Assembly: GCA_040081625.1 (NCBI GenBank)
Contig: JBEBGD010000101.1
Coordinates: 1 to 19,991, forward strand
From: Chthoniobacteraceae bacterium
GTDB lineage: Bacteria > Verrucomicrobiota > Verrucomicrobiia > Chthoniobacterales > Chthoniobacteraceae
Direction: 5' to 3'
Length of the DNA stretch: 19,991 nucleotides
Positions 15,732 through 19,991 of this stretch are shown here, in pieces; position 1 is the stretch's first letter; every line of letters begins with the position of its first letter. The position numbers and the translations under genes are program-made. The notes beneath the pieces were generated by a model that had not been told where the DNA came from, ran no database searches, and worked only from the letters and a program-made list of their open reading frames with translations.

Positions 15732-16706
15732 ATGTCGGCGCCCAGCTCTCCAACCCACAACACCAGCGGCACGCGCTGGCTGCTGAGCCACCTCGACTGC
15801 GGCGAGCTCGGCAACCGCCTCGTGAGCTATTGCTGGCTGCTGGCGCTCGCCTTCGAGCATCGCGCGGCATTCACGAATCTCGGCTTCTGGCGTTACGCGC
15901 GGTTCTTCGAGTTGAGCGACGACTTGATCGTGCGCCCGTGGGAAGCGCAACGCCCGCCGAACGCCGGCAGCACCCTCGGCACGCTGCGCCGCTTCCCGCC
16001 CATCGAGCGCTGGGTCCAGCGCCGGTGCCGCTTTGACGGCGACATCGTGTTCGACGTGCCGTCGCTCACACGCCGTGCACTCGCGTTCACCTTCTCGCGC
16101 CTCAGCCGCACGTTGCTCGACCCATTCCTCGACTTTCAGCACGACGGCGCCCCCGGACGTCCCGCCACGACACTCACGCTCGCGACCTTGAAGAACTGGT
16201 CCTGCCCGACCGACGACCCGTCCATCATCGAACGCCACGCGCCGGCGATCCGCGCCTTCCTCCGCCCGAGCGCCGCGATCTGCGAACAAGTCGCCGCCTT
16301 CCTCGATCCGCTCCGCCGCCGCCACCGCGCGCTCGTCGGCATCCACATCCGCCGCGGCGACTACCGCGTCTATCGCGAAGGCCGCTGGTTTTTCGGCGAC
16401 GAAGTCTATCGCGCCGTGATGGAGCGCTTCGCCGAATTGCTCGGCCCGGAGGTCGGTTTCGTCGTCGCATCGAACGATCCCGTCCAGCCGCAGTCATTCG
16501 CACCGTTCGCCGTCACGCCCGCGCCGGGTCACCTCATGCTCGACCTCTTCAGCCTCGCCGGCTGCGACTTCATCGCCGGCCCGCCGAGCACCTTCTCCGG
16601 CTGCGCGAGCTACCTCGGCGGCAAGCCGGTCTTCTGGATGACCGAACCTGACGCGCGCCCCGCCGACCTCGCCGCGCTCAAGCCATGGGTGCCGCAGCTT
16701 TATTGA
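15732..16706 (+). CDS. Alpha-1,2-fucosyltransferase-like protein (GT11/O-FucT-like)
   Basis: GELGNRL (cf. GGLGNQ), VGIHIRRGDY, VASND and DLFSLAGCDFIAGPPSTFS...YLG. Start is ATG 15732 or 15711. Confidence 0.85.
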   Translation: MSAPSSPTHNTSGTRWLLSHLDCGELGNRLVSYCWLLALAFEHRAAFTNLGFWRYARFFELSDDLIVRPWEAQRPPNAGSTLGTLRRFPPIERWVQRRCRFDGDIVFDVPSLTRRALAFTFSRLSRTLLDPFLDFQHDGAPGRPATTLTLATLKNWSCPTDDPSIIERHAPAIRAFLRPSAAICEQVAAFLDPLRRRHRALVGIHIRRGDYRVYREGRWFFGDEVYRAVMERFAELLGPEVGFVVASNDPVQPQSFAPFAVTPAPGHLMLDLFSLAGCDFIAGPPSTFSGCASYLGGKPVFWMTEPDARPADLAALKPWVPQLY

Positions 16707-16742
16707 CAGCGACGGCACGGAACGGGTTCTGTCACCGCACTC

Positions 16743-17567
16743 ATGCGCATCTTCGGCCTGTGCCTCGTGAAAAACGAAGCGGACATCATCCGCCTGTCGC
16801 TGCGCGAGAGCCTGCGCTGGTGCGATGGGGTTTTCGTCTTCGACACGGGCAGCGAGGACGCGACGTGGGATCTGGTGAACGAAGTGGCGCGCACCGACTC
16901 GCGCGTAGTGCCGTTCAAGCAGGAGGCGCGCGTTTTCAACGACGCGCTCCGCGCGGAAATCTTCGCGGCGTTCCGCGACCGGGCGCGTGCCGGTGACTGG
17001 TGGTGCCGGCTCGATGCGGATGAAATCTACGCCGACGATCCGCGCGCCTTTCTCGCCGCAGTGCCACCGGCGCGTCACGTGGTGTGGGGGCTGTGGCTGC
17101 AGTTTCTTTTCACGGCGGAAGACTTGCCCCGTTTTGCCGGCGCCGATGACGCGGCTCCGCCCGAGATGACGCCCGAGCTTCTGCCGCGCCACTATCAGGC
17201 GAAGGGCGGCGAGGCGCGATTCTTCCGCCATCGCGACCGGCTCGCGTGGGACGGCGGCGCCTGGCCCGCGCATCTCGGGCTGATCGAGCCACGGCGCATC
17301 CGCGTGAAGCACTACCAGTATCGTTCGCCCGCGCAGATTCAGCGCCGCATCGACACCCGCCGCGCCGCCGCCGCGGCAGGCTGGCAGCACTTCGCGCACA
17401 GCGACGATGGGACGTGGCGCGAGAAGCTCGCCGACTCCGCGCAACTCACACTCGATCGCGGCGACGGCGAGTATGCGATCGACGCGAAGGAACTGACCTC
17501 CCACCTCGAGCCCGGCTGGCAGCGCGCGACCAAGCGCGTGATGCACGGGCTCGGCATCTGGCCGTGA
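16743..17567 (+). CDS. Glycosyltransferase family 2 (Glyco_tranf_2_4-like)
   Basis: LCLVKNEADII, FDTGSEDAT, W...LDADE and KHYQYRS motifs. Confidence 0.85.
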   Translation: MRIFGLCLVKNEADIIRLSLRESLRWCDGVFVFDTGSEDATWDLVNEVARTDSRVVPFKQEARVFNDALRAEIFAAFRDRARAGDWWCRLDADEIYADDPRAFLAAVPPARHVVWGLWLQFLFTAEDLPRFAGADDAAPPEMTPELLPRHYQAKGGEARFFRHRDRLAWDGGAWPAHLGLIEPRRIRVKHYQYRSPAQIQRRIDTRRAAAAAGWQHFAHSDDGTWREKLADSAQLTLDRGDGEYAIDAKELTSHLEPGWQRATKRVMHGLGIWP

Positions 17568-18445
17568 TTTCGCCCGCCTATTCCATCGTCATCGCCACCT
17601 ACGAGCGCCCCGCTCTGCTGCGCGATGCGCTCGCAAGCGTCGCCCGGCAGACGCACGCGCCGGCGCGGATCGTGATCGTCGATTCCTCCACCGGCGATGA
17701 GTCGGAGAAGGTCGGGCGCGAGTTTTCACTGCCGATCCTCTACCGGCGCGCCGAGCGGCCAAGTGCCGCGCTCCAACGCAACCAGGGCTTTCGCGACGTG
17801 GAAACGCCGTTGGTCGCATTCATCGACGACGATGTGGTGCTCTCACCCGACGTCTTCGAAAAGGTCTGCGCCGTCTTTGCATCGCGCCCGGACACCGGCG
17901 GCGTCTCGGCGCGCGGCAACGACGTGAACCACCGCTCACCGAGCGGCCTGCTGCGCCGCTACTACCGGCTACAGGCCGGCTTCGACGACCCGACTTTCGG
18001 CGCGCGACTCTTCGGCCCTGCGATCAATTGCTTCCCCTGCTACGCGGAGCAGCGCGAGGAATTGATCCCGGCGGACTGGCTGAACCTGACGTGCGTGATG
18101 TTTCGCAGCGATGCGTTCGGTGCGGAACTGTTCCCGACGTTCGACGGCTACAGCTTCGGCGAGGACGTGCACCTCTCCGCGCGCATCGGGCGAAAGTGGC
18201 CGCTCTACTTTCACCGCGACGCCTGCTACGAGCACTTCCCGCAGATGAGCCCGGCCAAGCAAAACCATTTCCAGATCGCGCGGATGAGCGCCCGCAACCG
18301 GCGTCTCATCGCGCGCGATGTGCAGGGAATGTGCGGCTGGGAGCTGTTTTGGAAGGACACGCTGCACCGTGTATTCGTCAGCGTCTTCCTCGCGCGGACG
18401 CGGCCGTCCGGCTGGATGAAAAAGATCGCGGGCAACTGGCTGTGA
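17564..18445 (+). CDS. Glycosyltransferase family 2
   Basis: GTG start overlapping the previous stop. SIVIATYERP, VIVDSS, QRNQG, FIDDDV and GEDVHLS motifs. Confidence 0.92.
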   Translation: MISPAYSIVIATYERPALLRDALASVARQTHAPARIVIVDSSTGDESEKVGREFSLPILYRRAERPSAALQRNQGFRDVETPLVAFIDDDVVLSPDVFEKVCAVFASRPDTGGVSARGNDVNHRSPSGLLRRYYRLQAGFDDPTFGARLFGPAINCFPCYAEQREELIPADWLNLTCVMFRSDAFGAELFPTFDGYSFGEDVHLSARIGRKWPLYFHRDACYEHFPQMSPAKQNHFQIARMSARNRRLIARDVQGMCGWELFWKDTLHRVFVSVFLARTRPSGWMKKIAGNWL

Positions 18446-19359
18446 GCCTGCGCATCGCCGTCGCCATCGCCACGCACAATCGCCGCGGCGAACTCGCCCG
18501 CACGCTCGATCACGTCGCGCGACTCGATCCGCCGCCGGATGAAATCCTCGTATGCGCGGACGGCTGCACCGACGACACCGCCGCACTCGTGCGGGAGAAG
18601 CACCCGAGCGCACGCCTGCTCGTGCATGAGACGGCACGTGGTTCGATCCCCTCACGCAACAAACTCGCGCAGGCGTGTGGCTGCGACGTGTTCGTGTCGC
18701 TCGACGACGACAGCTATCCGCTCGACCCAAATTTCATCGCCCGTGTGCACGAACACTTCGCCGCTGCTCCGCGACTGGCCGTGCTCGCCTTCGCGCAGCG
18801 TTCGGATGAGTTCCCCGATTCCCTCACGGCCACGAATTTCGGCGGGCGCGCATTCGTCGGCAGCTACGCGAACTCCGGCGCGGCGATCCGGCGCGAGACG
18901 TTCGTCGCGCTCGGCGGCTACCCGGACTTTTTCTTCCACGCCTACGAGGAGCCGGACTTCGCGCTGCGCTGCGTGTGCGCGGGCTGGCAGGTGCGCTACG
19001 AGCCGGCGCTGCTCGTGCGTCATCACTTCACCGCCGTGCAGCGGAACGAAATTCGCACGCACCATCGGCACGCGCGGAATGAGGCGTGGAGCGCACTCAT
19101 GCGCTGTCCGGCTCCGCAACTTTTCGGCGTGCTGCTCTTTCGCGCGGTGCGCCAGTTCGCGTATGCGTGCCAGCGCGGGCCGGCGTGGATCGTCCGCGAG
19201 CCGGCGTGGTGGTGTGCCGCGCTCGGCGGGATCGCGCGATGCCTTCGCAAGCGCAATCCTCTGCCGTGGGGGCGCTATCTTGCGTGGATGCGGCTGGCGC
19301 GGGAGCCGATCGTCGCGGAGCAGGAATGGAACGCGCTTTTCGGGGAGCGCACGACTTGA
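18442..19359 (+). CDS. Glycosyltransferase family 2
   Basis: GTG start overlapping the previous stop. IATHNR, ADGCTDDT, SRN, SLDDDS and GGYPDFFFHAYEEPDFALR motifs. Confidence 0.92.
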   Translation: MSLRIAVAIATHNRRGELARTLDHVARLDPPPDEILVCADGCTDDTAALVREKHPSARLLVHETARGSIPSRNKLAQACGCDVFVSLDDDSYPLDPNFIARVHEHFAAAPRLAVLAFAQRSDEFPDSLTATNFGGRAFVGSYANSGAAIRRETFVALGGYPDFFFHAYEEPDFALRCVCAGWQVRYEPALLVRHHFTAVQRNEIRTHHRHARNEAWSALMRCPAPQLFGVLLFRAVRQFAYACQRGPAWIVREPAWWCAALGGIARCLRKRNPLPWGRYLAWMRLAREPIVAEQEWNALFGERTT

Positions 19360-19991
19360 AGATCTCCATCTCCGCCACCAACCCCTGCCACCTCTGGCCG
19401 CTCGCACGAGAACTCGCCGCGGCCGGCGCACTCGGCTGCTACTACTCCGGTTATCCCGCGTGGAAGCTCGGCGGCGCGGCGGACGTGAACGTGCGCACGC
19501 ACAGCCTGCGGACGAACTTCGTGTATGGCCTGCTCAAGTTCGCGCCCGCGTGGCTGCGGCCCCCGTCGCGCTCGCTCTTCGCGTGGCAGGACCGCGGCTT
19601 CGACCGCTGGGTCGGCGGTCATCTTGAAAGCGCGGACTTCATCCACGCGATGCCCGGTCAGGCGCTCGAGACTTTCCGCGCGGCACGACGGCTCCGGATC
19701 AAGACCGTGCTGAATCACGCGACGGGGCCGGTGCGCGACTGGGTCGCGATCATGGACCCGGAATACGCGCGCGCCGGGCTCAAGCTCGCGGATCATTGCC
19801 CCTACGACGCCGCTTACTTCGCGCGGGAGGACGAAGAATACGCGCTTGCCGATTTTCACTGCGTCGCGTCGGGCATCGTGTGCGATCAACTCGTCGCGCG
19901 CGGCATCGATGCTGAACGCGTGTGGGTCGTGCCCTACGGCGCGGACCCGCGCGTGTTCCAGCCCGGCGGGGAAGTCGCGCCGGACTTTCGC
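19356..19991 (+). CDS. Glycosyltransferase family 4, N-terminal part (runs off the window end)
   Basis: Absent from the supplied ORF track. TTG at 19356 overlaps the previous TGA and follows GGGGAG. I translated the frame by hand and it is open to 19991: MKISISATNPCHLWPLARELAAAG...EEYALADFHCVAS...VWVVPYGADPRVFQP, typical of a GT4 N-domain and linker. Confidence 0.85.
   Translation, partial: MKISISATNPCHLWPLARELAAAGALGCYYSGYPAWKLGGAADVNVRTHSLRTNFVYGLLKFAPAWLRPPSRSLFAWQDRGFDRWVGGHLESADFIHAMPGQALETFRAARRLRIKTVLNHATGPVRDWVAIMDPEYARAGLKLADHCPYDAAYFAREDEEYALADFHCVASGIVCDQLVARGIDAERVWVVPYGADPRVFQPGGEVAPDFR

Noticed and set aside
15648..16346. N-terminal extension of the 509-aa minus-strand ORF
   Set aside because: It is antisense to the GT11-like gene. 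Protein-like sequence begins only near GTG 15647.
1..19991. CRISPR arrays, tRNA/rRNA genes, IS elements, phase-variable simple sequence repeats
   Set aside because: No regularly spaced repeats, RNA gene signatures, transposase motifs or long homopolymer/dinucleotide tracts were seen by eye. Short or degenerate elements could have been missed.

Overview
High-GC bacterial window (roughly two-thirds G+C by eye, not computed). Gene style suggests a free-living Verrucomicrobia/Planctomycetes-like organism, which is inference only. The left part (minus strand) has a small hypothetical gene with a MerR-like HTH N-terminus and a three-gene operon: a Tat-exported gluconate-2-dehydrogenase-subunit-3-like protein, a GMC flavoprotein and a secreted HGGG-type alpha/beta hydrolase. 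A divergent gene encodes a signal/anchor-bearing S8 subtilase with a CARDB-like tail. From 5996 to the window end lies a tightly packed surface-glycan biosynthesis locus: Wzt (ABC ATPase with C-terminal domain, no wzm seen), a Methyltransf_24-type methyltransferase, an AsnB-type amidotransferase and eleven glycosyltransferase-like genes. These are five GT2, two GT4, one GT8-like, one GT11-like, one GT-D-fold/DUF1792-like and one inverted DUF6492-like gene. The last GT4 runs off the window. No rRNA, tRNA, CRISPR array or transposase was recognised. The most notable elements are the stand-alone GT-D-fold enzyme, the Wzt lacking an adjacent permease next to a ruler-less methyltransferase, and the divergent DUF6492/GT11 pair. 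All family calls come from motif recognition by eye, without database searches.
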